64,000 nt of DNA, taken from the sequence record SRR2962707_578; one strand, written 5' to 3'. Under the pieces are notes generated by a model. That model was not told the DNA's origin. It worked only from the letters and a program-made list of their open reading frames with translations, and ran no database searches. A program made the translations under genes and the position numbers. Shown in pieces: positions 9,515 through 19,505 of this stretch (positions are counted from its first letter, which is position 1; each line of letters begins with the position of its first letter).

Positions 9515-11106
9515 GCCGGCACCTGTTCCCGGGCCCGCAGCTTGAAGCGCTGGATTTTGCCGGTGGCGGTTTTCGGCAGCTCATCAACGAAATACACCCA
9601 GCGCGGGTATTTCCACAGTTCAATACGTGAGCGCACGAAGTCCTGCAGCTCCCGGCTGAATGCCTCTTTGTCGGCGACGGCGGCTTTCAACACCACATAG
9701 GCCGCCGGCTTGAGGTTTTCGGTGTCGTCGCTGCGTGCCACCACCGCCGCTTCCATGACCCCCTCGTGTTGCATCAGCGTGGACTCCACCTCGAACGGAG
9801 AGACCCAGTTGCCGCCGGACTTGAACATGTCGTCACTGCGTCCACAGTAGTGATAGCGGCCCTGTTCATCGCGATAGTATTTATCGCCGGTACAGGTCCA
9901 TTCGCCAACGAAAGTGCGCAGGCTTTTGTCCCGCTGATTCCAGTAGCCGCTGGCGGCGCTGGGGCCTTTCACTAGCATTTCTCCGATCTCATTGGCCGTT
10001 TCGATGTCGTCGCCATTTTCATCCACCAGCTTCACCTGGTAGCCGGGTACCGGGCGGCCAGAGCAACCGTAGTGAACGTCACCGGGCTGATTGGTGAGAT
10101 AGATGTGCAGCATCTCGGTGGAGCCGACGCCGTCAAGAATCGGGGAGCCGAAGCGCTTTTCCCATCGTTCGCCGGTCTCCTTCGGTAACGCCTCGCCGGC
10201 GGAAATACTGCGGCGCAAGGCCTTTGATCCGGGGTGCCGCGCCAATTCGGGATCGGCCAGCAGGGCCGCGTACAGCGTTGGGACGCCGCAAAAAATAGTC
10301 GGCTGGTGCCGCTCCATGATGTCCAGCGCGGCCGCCGGGGTCGGGCGGCCGTCGTAAAGGATGGCGGTGGCGCCCACCGACAACGGAAATGTCATGCCGT
10401 TACCCAAACCGTAGGCGAAGAACAGTTTGGCGATGGAAAAAATACGGTCATGGGGCTGAATACCCAATACGCCCTTGCCGTACAGCTCGGCGGTCCAATA
10501 CAAACTGGCGTGACGATGGGGAACGCCCTTGGGGTTGCCGGTGGAGCCGGAAGAATAGAGCCAGAAGGCAATATCGTCGCAGGTTGTCGCGGCGGCGCGG
10601 CTTTCCGCGGAGGCGTTATCGAGCAGCCCCGCCAGGGTGTCTTGGTTGGCCTCGCGGCCATTCACCACGATCACTTTTTCGAGATTGGACAGCTCCGGGA
10701 TCAACTCGGCGAATTGGGCATAAAGGGACTGCTCCACGATCAATACCTGGGCACGGCAATCGCCGAGGATGTAACGATATTGGGTCGGGGTGAGCAGGGT
10801 GTTCAGGCAGACCGGCACAACACCGGCTTTCAACGCGCCCCAGAAACAAGCGAGGTAGTCGGCACTGTCGGACATGGCGAGCGCCACCCGGTCTTCCTGG
10901 CGCAGTCCCAGGGCACGGTACATGGAGGCGGCCCGAGCCACCCGTTCGGCAAGGCGCGCGTAGTTCATTTCGCCATCGCGATCGATGATCGCCAGGTGTC
11001 CGGCGCGGCCTTCCCGCAAATGGCGGTCGATGAAGTGGTCGGCGGCGTTGAAATGACGGGGCAGGGTGTCAGCGGCGGGCTCGTGCATAGCCTTGGCTTG
11101 GGTCAT
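9511..11106 (-). CDS. bclA: Benzoate-CoA ligase
   Basis: FWLYSSGSTGNPKG, AKLFFAYGLGN, SAGEALP, DGVGSTEMLHI, LPKTATGKIQRF; upstream of boxCBA. Confidence 0.93.
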   Translation of the reverse strand: MTQAKAMHEPAADTLPRHFNAADHFIDRHLREGRAGHLAIIDRDGEMNYARLAERVARAASMYRALGLRQEDRVALAMSDSADYLACFWGALKAGVVPVCLNTLLTPTQYRYILGDCRAQVLIVEQSLYAQFAELIPELSNLEKVIVVNGREANQDTLAGLLDNASAESRAAATTCDDIAFWLYSSGSTGNPKGVPHRHASLYWTAELYGKGVLGIQPHDRIFSIAKLFFAYGLGNGMTFPLSVGATAILYDGRPTPAAALDIMERHQPTIFCGVPTLYAALLADPELARHPGSKALRRSISAGEALPKETGERWEKRFGSPILDGVGSTEMLHIYLTNQPGDVHYGCSGRPVPGYQVKLVDENGDDIETANEIGEMLVKGPSAASGYWNQRDKSLRTFVGEWTCTGDKYYRDEQGRYHYCGRSDDMFKSGGNWVSPFEVESTLMQHEGVMEAAVVARSDDTENLKPAAYVVLKAAVADKEAFSRELQDFVRSRIELWKYPRWVYFVDELPKTATGKIQRFKLRAREQVPA

Positions 11107-11179
11107 GTCGGCTTCTCTCCCTTGCTGTCGAGATTGTTGTGGTTATCGATTCGGTGCTAGGTACAGCCAGTACACTGAC

Positions 11180-11268
11180 ATGTACTATAATGCATGGTGC
11201 GGCAAGGGCAAGAGGCAGGGAGAGGTAGGGTTATTGATTTATGATATGTATTTTGAAATATAGTGCGC
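11180..11268 (-). promoter_or_regulatory. Benzoate-CoA ligase promoter with BoxR/BzdR-like operators
   Basis: TGTACTATAATGCA (11181-11194) and TGAAATATAGTGCG (11254-11267), near-palindromic TGCA-N6-TGCA boxes in an AT-rich gap. Confidence 0.6.
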
Positions 11269-11336
11269 TTTTTGAGATAAGGCCCCCAGGGAGGGAATGG
11301 CCGCCGTATCGTCGTCCCATCCGGCGGCCAACGGCC

Positions 11337-12332
11337 TTACAGATCGGCGCTTTCCAAGTCGGCGATTTCGACCACGGTTTTACCCAAGCCGGTGCCGCTC
11401 AGCGCGAACTCCAGAGCCTCGGCAAACGCCTCCAGGGGAAAGGCGCGCCCCACCGGCGGTTGCAGCCGGCCATCATCCACCCAGCTCAACAGGTGCGCCA
11501 GATGCGCCTGACCCCGCTGTTCTTCCAATTGCAGAAACTGCCTGACATCCACGCCGATCAGACCCGCGCCTTTCATCAGCGGCAGATTGACCCGCAACGA
11601 GGGAATCGGTCCGCCGGTAAATCCCAGCACCAGATGGCGGCCACGCCAGTGCAGAGAGCGGAAAGCCGGCTCGAATAATGGGCCGCATACCGGATCGAAC
11701 ACCACGTCCGGTGCCACGCCACCGCAGGCGGCCCGCAGCCGGTCCCGCCAGCCGTCCGGTTCGGTATCCAGTACTTCGTCCGCGCCCAGTCCCTGGCAGA
11801 ATGCCCTTTTCTCCTTGGAGGACGCCACGGCAACCACACGGGCGCCGAGTTGTTTGGCCACCTGGACACCGGCAGCGCCAAGACCGCCGGCGGCGCCGAA
11901 CACCACCACGGCTTCCCCCGGCTGCAACGCGGCGCGGTCAACCAGTCCGTGCAGCGCGGTCAGGTAGTTGACGCGGAACCCGGCGGCTTCGGCGAACGTC
12001 ATGGCATCGGGGATCCGCCGCACTTCCGCTTGCGAGGCCAGGGCGTACTCGGCCAGTCCGCCGTTGACGGTGGCCATCACCCGCTCTCCCTCTCGCGATG
12101 GGTCGATACCGCCCCCTACCGCGACGATTCGGCCCGCCACTTCTCGGCCAGGCGTGTGCGGCAGCGTGGGTTTCACCTGATAGCGCCCGAGGGCGACCAG
12201 GGAATCCACATAGCCGAGCCCGCAGGCGGCGATGCGTATTAGTAATTCCCCTTCACCAGGAGTGGGACGCCCGGTTTCGGTCAGTTGATAGTCGGCGATG
12301 GATGCCAGCGACTCGGCGATCACTTTTTTCAT
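11337..12332 (-). CDS. NADPH:quinone oxidoreductase family (MDR, zinc-independent) protein
   Basis: LPHTPGREVAG, GAAGGLG, DVVFDPV, GKTVV; start moved to MKKVIAES (12332). Confidence 0.88.
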   Translation of the reverse strand: MKKVIAESLASIADYQLTETGRPTPGEGELLIRIAACGLGYVDSLVALGRYQVKPTLPHTPGREVAGRIVAVGGGIDPSREGERVMATVNGGLAEYALASQAEVRRIPDAMTFAEAAGFRVNYLTALHGLVDRAALQPGEAVVVFGAAGGLGAAGVQVAKQLGARVVAVASSKEKRAFCQGLGADEVLDTEPDGWRDRLRAACGGVAPDVVFDPVCGPLFEPAFRSLHWRGRHLVLGFTGGPIPSLRVNLPLMKGAGLIGVDVRQFLQLEEQRGQAHLAHLLSWVDDGRLQPPVGRAFPLEAFAEALEFALSGTGLGKTVVEIADLESADL

Positions 12333-12525
12333 GATCCGGGTTCCTGTTGTCCGGCGGCTCCGGTGCCGCGGTGAAGGTCGGGGCTGAGGGTCTGGAAGGT
12401 AGAGATGTAACGCCAGGGAGGGGACTTTGTACACGGCGGAACCGCTCCGATGCCCGGGAAAAACATTACGCTTTTGGCCAAACGGGAAGCGCCGGGCGGC
12501 GGTGCCATGAAGAACGTAAAATGAC

Positions 12526-12574
12526 TTGACGCATTAAACGGAGCGCCCGCATAGTGCTTTGACACTAATGTCAA
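12526..12574 (+). promoter_or_regulatory. Putative sigma70 promoter and TetR-type palindromic operator upstream of the carboxylase operon
   Basis: TTGACG at 12526 with CATAGT 18 nt downstream; perfect inverted repeat TTGACA-CTAA-TGTCAA at 12559-12574. Confidence 0.6.
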
Positions 12575-12590
12575 CAACAAAGAGGTGCTC

Positions 12591-15500
12591 ATGGCCGGGA
12601 CCACAGACCATGGCGTGACCAGCGTGCTGGTGGCCAATCGTGGAGAGATCGCCGTACGTATCATCCGGGCGATTCATGAGATGGGAGGGCGGGCCGTCGC
12701 GGTCTTTCCCGAGGACGACAAAGACGCGCTGCATGTCCATCGCGCCGACCAGGCGGTAGCGCTGCCGGGCACCGGGGTGGCCGCCTACCTGGATGCCGGT
12801 GCCTTGATCGACGCCGCTGTTTCATCCGGTTGTGGCGCGATTCATCCAGGCTACGGGTTTCTCAGTGAGAACGCGGATTTCGCCCACCGTTGCGCCGAGG
12901 CGGGGGTGGTCTTCGTCGGCCCGAGCGCCGACACCCTGACCATGCTTGGTGACAAGGCACGGGCCAGGGCCTTCGCGGTGGAGCAGGGCGTTGCCGTCAT
13001 GCCTGGCACCTCTGGCGCCACCACGCTGGCCGAGGCGGAGGCGTTTGCCGATGAGCACGGAGCGGTGATGATCAAAGCGCTGGCCGGGGGCGGTGGGCGT
13101 GGCATGCGCGCGGTCATCGACCGCGGCGAATTGCCGGCCGCGTTCGAGCGGTGCCGGTCCGAGGCCGGACAGGCTTTCGGCAATGATGCTCTCTACGTGG
13201 AGCGCCTGGCCCGCGATCCCCGTCATATCGAGATCCAGGTGGTGGGTGACGGTGTCAGTGTCCAGCATTTGGGCGAGCGCGACTGCAGTATCCAGCGTCG
13301 CCATCAGAAACTCATCGAAATCGCTCCGAGTCCCGCGCTCGAAGCCGGCCAGCGTGACCGCATCATCGCCGCGGCGCTCCAACTCGCCGGAGCCTTGAGG
13401 TATCGCGGTTTGGGAACCTTTGAATTCCTTGTCGACGGTGACGAGGTGTTCTTCATGGAAGCCAATCCGCGACTGCAAGTGGAACATACCATCACCGAAC
13501 AAGTGACCGGGGTTGACCTGGTGGTGGCTCAACTGCGCATCGCCAGTGGAGCGCAATTGACGGATATGGGCCTGGAGGAGCCGCCGGTGCCGCGAGGGTT
13601 CGCGATCCAGACCCGGGTCAATCTGGAAACCCTGGATGCCGGGGGCGCGCCGCGACCGGGTAGCGGAGTGATCGACACCTTCACCTTGCCCTCCGGACCG
13701 GGACTGCGTGTGGATACCTATGGCTATGAGGGTTACCGTGTCAGTCCCCGCTACGACTCCCTGATCGCCAAGGTCATCGGTCATGCCGAGGATTTTGGCG
13801 GCGCCGTCCGGAGAACCGCCGCGGCGCTGGCGGAGTTCGAAATCACCGGGGTTCCCACCAACCTGGACTTGCTGCATGGCATTCTCACCGAGCCGGATTT
13901 CGCGCGGGGACGGTTCGATACCGGGTATCTGGATACGCACCTTCCGGCACTGCTTGAACATCGGCGACCCGGACACCACCTGCCGACGGCGGTGAAGGCG
14001 GAGCGGGACGGCAAAGCCGGGCCCAGGGCGCCGGAAGGCGCCAGCGTCGCCCGCTCGCCCCTGGGAGGTGTGCTGCTGAGTATCGAGGTGGCCGTCGGTG
14101 ATGTGGTCGCGGCGGGGGCGCCGCTCCTGGTGGTCGAGGCGATGAAGATGGAACATGTGGTCCGTGCCACGGAATCCATGCGTGTGGACGCGGTGGTCGT
14201 GGCGGCGGGCGACTTCGTCGACGAGGGTGATCTGCTTGCTTATGGCAGCGCCGTGGACCATGCCGATGCCTTCACCGCCGAGGCCGTGGAGGAAGACTGG
14301 TCGGCGGAGGTGGCGGAGATCGAACGCCGTCGCCAGCTCGCCGAGGCCATGGGCGGCAAGGCGAAAGTCGAACGGCAACGGGCGGCGGGCAAGTTGACGG
14401 CACGAGAGCGCATCTCCGCTTTGGCCGACCCGGACAGTTTCCGTGAGATCGGTGCCCTGACCGGTTTCGTGGACTACGTGGATGGGCGCGCCGAAAGCAT
14501 CCTGCCAGCAAACTTCGTCGCCGGGACGGCGGCGGTGGCCGGCCGCAAGGTGGTGCTTGGCGTGGACGACTTCACCGTACGCGGCGGTTCCGGTGATGCC
14601 GCGATCCACGATAAGCAGATCTATGCCGAGCGCTACGCGCGCGAGATGCGCCTGCCGGTAGTGCGTTTGCTCGATGGCGCCAGTGGCGGCGGCAGTGTCA
14701 AGACGGCGCGCGAGAACGGCTTCACTTACATTCCGGTCAACCCGGCCTGGGACGCGGTGGTGGACAACCTCTCCCTGGTGCCGGTGGCGGCGGCGTGCCT
14801 GGGGCCGACGGTGGGGCTGGGAGCGGCGCGTCTGGTGATGTCGCATCTGGCGGTGATGGTCGAAGGGCTGGGGCAGCTGTTCACCGCGGGCCCGCCGGTA
14901 GTGCGTGGTGGCACGGGCGAGGACCTTACCAAGGAGGAGCTTGGCGGCGCCGACATACATCGCGGTACCGGCTCGGTGGAACGGATCGTGCCCGATGAGG
15001 CCGCAGCCTTCGCGGTAATCCGCACGTTCCTGGGCTATTTGCCCGCCAGCGCCTTCGAGACTCCGCCTGTGGTGGCATCGGCGGATCCGGTGGATCGTCG
15101 GGAGACGTCGCTGTTGAGTGCGATCCCGCGCAACCCGAGGCACCCGTACGCCATCGGGCCGATTCTGGAAGCTATCTTCGATGCCGGCTCCGTGTTCACG
15201 TATGCCGAGTACGGGGACGGTATCGTCACTGCTCTGGCGCGGCTGGACGGTCACCCGGTCGGCGTGATCGCGTCGGATCCGATGCGGGGCGCGACCATGT
15301 CGGTGGAAGGCGCCCAGGCGGTGGGCCGCCTGGTGGACCTGTGCGAGACTTTCCATTTGCCAATTGTCAGTCTCACCGATCAGGCCGGCATGACCATCGG
15401 TTCGGTGGCGGAGCGCCGCGCCACCATCCGTGCGGGAGCGCGGGCGATTGCCGCCGTCTATCAGGCACGGGTGCCGCAGGCCGAGATCATTCTGCGCCGC

Positions 15501-15839
15501 GTCTACGGTGTCGGCGGCGCCGGCATCATCAATCGTCACCGCGCCAGCCGCAGTTGGTCATGGCCGTCCGGCGACTGGGGATCGCTCCCGGTCCAGGGCG
15601 GCATCGAGGCCGCGTTCCGCGCCCAGATCGAAGCCAGCGACGACCCGGCCGCCACCATCGCCGAAATCGCCGCGGAGCTGAAGGCGATTTCGTCTCCGTT
15701 CCGAACCGCCGAGCACTTTGGCGCCCAGGACCTCATCGATCCCCGTGACAGCCGCGCCTTGCTGTGTGATTGGGTACGCGACGCCTATCGATTGCTGCCA
15801 GAGCAGGTTGGGCCGCCAGCGTTTGGTACGCGGCCCTGA
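12591..15839 (+). CDS. Single-chain biotin-dependent acyl-CoA carboxylase (BC-BCCP-CT fusion, LCC-like)
   Basis: VLVANRGEIA, HPGYGFLSEN, GGGGRGMR, ERDCSIQRRHQK, EANPRLQVEH, biotinylation motif EAMKM, C-terminal carboxyltransferase (DDFTVRGGS, IDPRDSR); AGAGG SD before ATG 12591. Confidence 0.92.
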   Translation: MAGTTDHGVTSVLVANRGEIAVRIIRAIHEMGGRAVAVFPEDDKDALHVHRADQAVALPGTGVAAYLDAGALIDAAVSSGCGAIHPGYGFLSENADFAHRCAEAGVVFVGPSADTLTMLGDKARARAFAVEQGVAVMPGTSGATTLAEAEAFADEHGAVMIKALAGGGGRGMRAVIDRGELPAAFERCRSEAGQAFGNDALYVERLARDPRHIEIQVVGDGVSVQHLGERDCSIQRRHQKLIEIAPSPALEAGQRDRIIAAALQLAGALRYRGLGTFEFLVDGDEVFFMEANPRLQVEHTITEQVTGVDLVVAQLRIASGAQLTDMGLEEPPVPRGFAIQTRVNLETLDAGGAPRPGSGVIDTFTLPSGPGLRVDTYGYEGYRVSPRYDSLIAKVIGHAEDFGGAVRRTAAALAEFEITGVPTNLDLLHGILTEPDFARGRFDTGYLDTHLPALLEHRRPGHHLPTAVKAERDGKAGPRAPEGASVARSPLGGVLLSIEVAVGDVVAAGAPLLVVEAMKMEHVVRATESMRVDAVVVAAGDFVDEGDLLAYGSAVDHADAFTAEAVEEDWSAEVAEIERRRQLAEAMGGKAKVERQRAAGKLTARERISALADPDSFREIGALTGFVDYVDGRAESILPANFVAGTAAVAGRKVVLGVDDFTVRGGSGDAAIHDKQIYAERYAREMRLPVVRLLDGASGGGSVKTARENGFTYIPVNPAWDAVVDNLSLVPVAAACLGPTVGLGAARLVMSHLAVMVEGLGQLFTAGPPVVRGGTGEDLTKEELGGADIHRGTGSVERIVPDEAAAFAVIRTFLGYLPASAFETPPVVASADPVDRRETSLLSAIPRNPRHPYAIGPILEAIFDAGSVFTYAEYGDGIVTALARLDGHPVGVIASDPMRGATMSVEGAQAVGRLVDLCETFHLPIVSLTDQAGMTIGSVAERRATIRAGARAIAAVYQARVPQAEIILRRVYGVGGAGIINRHRASRSWSWPSGDWGSLPVQGGIEAAFRAQIEASDDPAATIAEIAAELKAISSPFRTAEHFGAQDLIDPRDSRALLCDWVRDAYRLLPEQVGPPAFGTRP

Positions 15840-15912
15840 TCACAAAAACAAGGGCACAATAAAAACGGCGCGATAACAACAAATCAGACTTTGATTCGGG
15901 AGAGGAACCACA

Positions 15913-17637
15913 ATGAATGAGACGGAGCTGACCGCCTTGCTGCGGGAAGACGGCGAAATCATTACCGAACGGCTCGATCACTGGGCGAAGGTGGCTGGGG
16001 GAAGAGCGTTCTTCCATTACGGCGAGGACGACGTCACCCTCACGTACGCCGACTTCGGCGTACGTACCGACCACATTGCCGGTAACCTTGCCGCGCTCGG
16101 TATTGGCAAGGGAGACCGGGTCAGCGTCTTCACCCTGAATCCCATGGTGAGCGCGCTGATGATGTTCGCTATCTGGAAGGCCGGTGCCGTGTATTGTCCG
16201 GTGAATTTCAGCTACACCGGGCGCTTGCTTTCGTACCAGCTCAATGACACCGCGCCGAAGCTGTTGCTGACCGATCCGGCCCTGTTGAGCGCGGTCAATC
16301 AGGTCGCCGGTGACCTGGCGGCGCCGCCCGTGGTGATCGTCTACGATCCGCCGGCCGATGCTCACGATCATGTGAATGACCGTGACGAGGTCGATAGCCG
16401 TTTCGCTGAGTCGTCCTGGGCGTCACTCATCGCGCCGGCCACACGGCCGGACATTAGCGTGCGCTTTGATGATCCGGCCAACGTGGTCTATACCTCCGGC
16501 ACCACCGGACCGGCCAAGGGCGTGCTGCAGCCGTATCGCTGGATGGCGCAGTACACCTTCAAACTGCGGCAACCGCTGACTCCGGACGATGTGGTCTACA
16601 ACGATCTGCCCATGTATCACGTCGGTGGCGCCATCGCCAATGTGGCGCGTGCCGCCTGGGTGGGCTGTGAGGTGGCGGTATGGAACCGTTTCAGCCCCGG
16701 TGATTTCTGGAAGCGCGTCGCCTCACGGGGAGCGACCACGGCGATCCTGCTGGATGTGATGATCCCGTGGCTGACCAAGGCGCCGGAACGGCCGGATGAC
16801 AGGCGTAATACCCTGAACAAAGTGCATATGCAGCCGTTACCCGAGCATCACGCTCTGGTGGCACGCCGGTTCGGGCTGGATTTCGTCACCGCCGGTTTCG
16901 GACAAACCGAGTCGGGTTCTCCGCTTGGTCTGCTTTTCGAGGAGACCGCGGAAGGCGAGGGCACGCCCGCGGAGTTGTACCGGGGCCGGCCCCACGAGGA
17001 GGTCAAACAGCGGGCCGCGGCGGCGGGCATGGCGGTCCTGTCCGGCGGCGAGGACCGGCCCAGGAGGTTGATGGGACACCCGGCGCCGTTTATGGACGTG
17101 GCGGTACTGGATGAGCAGGACCAGCGGTGCGGCCCCGGTGAGCCGGGCCAACTGGCGGTGCGTCCGAAGCTGCCGGGGCTGATCATGAGTGAGTATCTGG
17201 GTAAGCCGGAGGCCACCGTCGCGGCCTGGCGCAACCTGTGGTTTCATACCGGCGACGCGGCGATGCAGCTGGAAGACGGCATGTTCGCCTTCCTTGATCG
17301 TCTCGGCGACCGGATCCGGGTGCGCGGCGAAAACCTGTCGTCATTCCAGGTGGAGGATTTGCTCAATCAACATACTGCCGTGGCCCTGGCCGCGGTGTTT
17401 GCCATTGCCAGCAGCGAGGGCGATGAGGACGATGTGGTGGCTTATGTGACGGTGGAGCAGGGCGCGCAGTTGAGCGAGCAGGCATTGCACGACTTCGCCG
17501 CGGAGACCATGCCCAAGTACATGCGGCCGCGTTACATTCGGCTGATCGATGAGATTCCGCGTACCCCCACCAATAAAATCGAGAAGTACAAGTTGCGTGA
17601 GCGGATCCTCAAGGAGCTGGGACGGGAGCCTCAATGA
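15913..17637 (+). CDS. ATP-dependent acyl-CoA ligase (CaiC-like)
   Basis: YTSGTTGPAKG, GFGQTE, WRNLWFHTGD, RVRGENLSS, PRTPTNKIEK. Confidence 0.9.
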   Translation: MNETELTALLREDGEIITERLDHWAKVAGGRAFFHYGEDDVTLTYADFGVRTDHIAGNLAALGIGKGDRVSVFTLNPMVSALMMFAIWKAGAVYCPVNFSYTGRLLSYQLNDTAPKLLLTDPALLSAVNQVAGDLAAPPVVIVYDPPADAHDHVNDRDEVDSRFAESSWASLIAPATRPDISVRFDDPANVVYTSGTTGPAKGVLQPYRWMAQYTFKLRQPLTPDDVVYNDLPMYHVGGAIANVARAAWVGCEVAVWNRFSPGDFWKRVASRGATTAILLDVMIPWLTKAPERPDDRRNTLNKVHMQPLPEHHALVARRFGLDFVTAGFGQTESGSPLGLLFEETAEGEGTPAELYRGRPHEEVKQRAAAAGMAVLSGGEDRPRRLMGHPAPFMDVAVLDEQDQRCGPGEPGQLAVRPKLPGLIMSEYLGKPEATVAAWRNLWFHTGDAAMQLEDGMFAFLDRLGDRIRVRGENLSSFQVEDLLNQHTAVALAAVFAIASSEGDEDDVVAYVTVEQGAQLSEQALHDFAAETMPKYMRPRYIRLIDEIPRTPTNKIEKYKLRERILKELGREPQ

Positions 17638-18281
17638 TGCCGGATCATGGCGTGGAATCGGCTTCAGGCAAAAATCAGCCTGCCTGGGCGGCGGCCCGTC
17701 AGCGGCGGGCCGGCGAGGAGCATCGCATGCGCACGGTGCTGCTGGAGGCGGCGGCACGGGCCTTTGCCCGATCCGGGTACGGCGGCACTTCCATCGGCGC
17801 CATCGCCGCCGAGGCCGAGGTGTCCCGGCCGGCGTTCTATGCCTACTTCGCCTCGAAACGGGAGGTCTTCCTCGAAGTTGTCGCGGCATTGCGCGACGAA
17901 TTTCTTGCCGCCCATGAATTCCCCGGAATTGATGACCCCTATGAACTGGGGCGGGCCGCCACCCGCGCTTTTCTGGCCGCCCATGCCGCCAACGCGGCGC
18001 TGCTCACGGTGGTGGACCATGAAGCGGAAGGGGATGAGGAAGTGCGCGCCATGCGTGACGAGATGCGGCGTCGCCCGGCCCGGCGCATGGCCCATTATGT
18101 CGAACGGCTGGTGGCGGAAGGGCGGGCCGACCCGGTGGCCGATCCGGAGTTGCTGGCGGGGGTGATGAACGCCACCTTCACTCGCTTCGCGCGGGAGTTG
18201 CCCGATGATGCCGGCGCCTTCGAACAGAAGGTGGAGGAGTTCACCGCGATTTATCTGAGACTGATCGGAGTGCGCGGATAG
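17634..18281 (+). CDS. TetR/AcrR family transcriptional regulator
   Basis: LLEAAARAFARSGYGGTSIGAIAAEAEVSRPAFYAYFASK HTH. Confidence 0.92.
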   Translation: MMPDHGVESASGKNQPAWAAARQRRAGEEHRMRTVLLEAAARAFARSGYGGTSIGAIAAEAEVSRPAFYAYFASKREVFLEVVAALRDEFLAAHEFPGIDDPYELGRAATRAFLAAHAANAALLTVVDHEAEGDEEVRAMRDEMRRRPARRMAHYVERLVAEGRADPVADPELLAGVMNATFTRFARELPDDAGAFEQKVEEFTAIYLRLIGVRG

Positions 18282-18333
18282 AGGCGGGTATCAGAATACC
18301 AATCGCGATGACGTAACGACCATGAGTGGACCT

Positions 18334-19341
18334 TTACTCATACGGCTGCTCCCTGAAGCGTCGGGGTGACACACCAAACCAGTTCTTGAAGGCGCGATGA
18401 AAGGCGCTGAGATCGGCGTAGCCCAGTTCCTCGGCGATGGCATCGGTACGCCAGCCCTGAACGATCATGCGTTGCAGGGCGCGGGTCTTCAGCACGGAGA
18501 TCTTCAACTGGCGAAAACTGGTGTCGTGTTCACGCAGGTGACGTTGCAGCACGCGTTTGTGCAACCCCAGAGCCAGGGCCACATCGTCGATAGTACGCAG
18601 CGCCGGCCGGTCGTCGTCGATCAGTTCCTTGATACCGTCGATGAAGGTTTGCCGGCGGCGCTTGGCGCGAATCAGCCCTTCAGCGTAGCTGAGATTGATC
18701 TGGTAAAGATGCTCATCACGCTCACTGACCGGCGCCGCCGTGGCCTGTCCGTCGATTTCCAGGAAGAAGTTGCCGGAATGTGCCCGGCAGGGACAGTTCA
18801 ACGCCTGGCCGATACGTTCCGCCGCCATCCCTTCGGGCACCAGGAAGCGCCGCACCTGCAATCGATGATTGGTGACCGTGCGCAGCAGTCCCAGTGTCTG
18901 CGTGACAATGGACAGCACCTGCTGGTTGGAGACCACCACCGCACCTGGTGCCGGAACATACTCGCAGCGTATCAGCCGGTTAGCGGAAAGGGGATGGATC
19001 CGGTATTGGCCACTGTCACTGAGCAGGGGCTGGTAATCGACCATGTGACGTAACGCCTGCAACGCGGTCGGACTGTGCAGCATGATGGGCAGCAGCACAC
19101 CGCCGGTGCGAGGGCTTTGCCTCCGAGCCACATCAATGCCCAGCAGCGGGTTGTTACTGATGGCACTGGCGCGATGCCACAGGGTGCGGGTGGCTTCGAT
19201 GCCAAGATGGTGACCATCAATAATTTGCCCTTCACGAATCTCTCGGATTCCGGTGCCGAGTTGCCGGGTGTCGAGGCCGACCTTCTCGAACGCCTGTAAC
19301 AGTCCGGAAACCCATAGATGGGCCACATGGAAATGGTTCAT
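18334..19341 (-). CDS. AraC family transcriptional regulator (OruR-like N-terminal domain)
   Basis: C-terminal IAEELGYADLSAFHRAFKNWFGVSPRRFR; start moved to MNHFHVAH. Confidence 0.9.
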   Translation of the reverse strand: MNHFHVAHLWVSGLLQAFEKVGLDTRQLGTGIREIREGQIIDGHHLGIEATRTLWHRASAISNNPLLGIDVARRQSPRTGGVLLPIMLHSPTALQALRHMVDYQPLLSDSGQYRIHPLSANRLIRCEYVPAPGAVVVSNQQVLSIVTQTLGLLRTVTNHRLQVRRFLVPEGMAAERIGQALNCPCRAHSGNFFLEIDGQATAAPVSERDEHLYQINLSYAEGLIRAKRRRQTFIDGIKELIDDDRPALRTIDDVALALGLHKRVLQRHLREHDTSFRQLKISVLKTRALQRMIVQGWRTDAIAEELGYADLSAFHRAFKNWFGVSPRRFREQPYE

Positions 19342-19505
19342 GGTTCGCCTCCTGACCCGGTTAAGCATAACCAGGGCGGGAAGAAGCTGTTAGTGGCGGG
19401 ACGAACAAGTGTCGCGAACTGCAAATAATGCTCGCTTTTCAGCAATGTATTAACCGGAGGTCTCCCGCATAGTCGTTCACCTGATAAACAAAACAGGAGC
19501 GAGCC

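Noticed and set aside
12822-15539. 905-aa ORF on the - strand
   Set aside because: Antisense shadow of the carboxylase in GC-rich DNA; no recognisable motifs.
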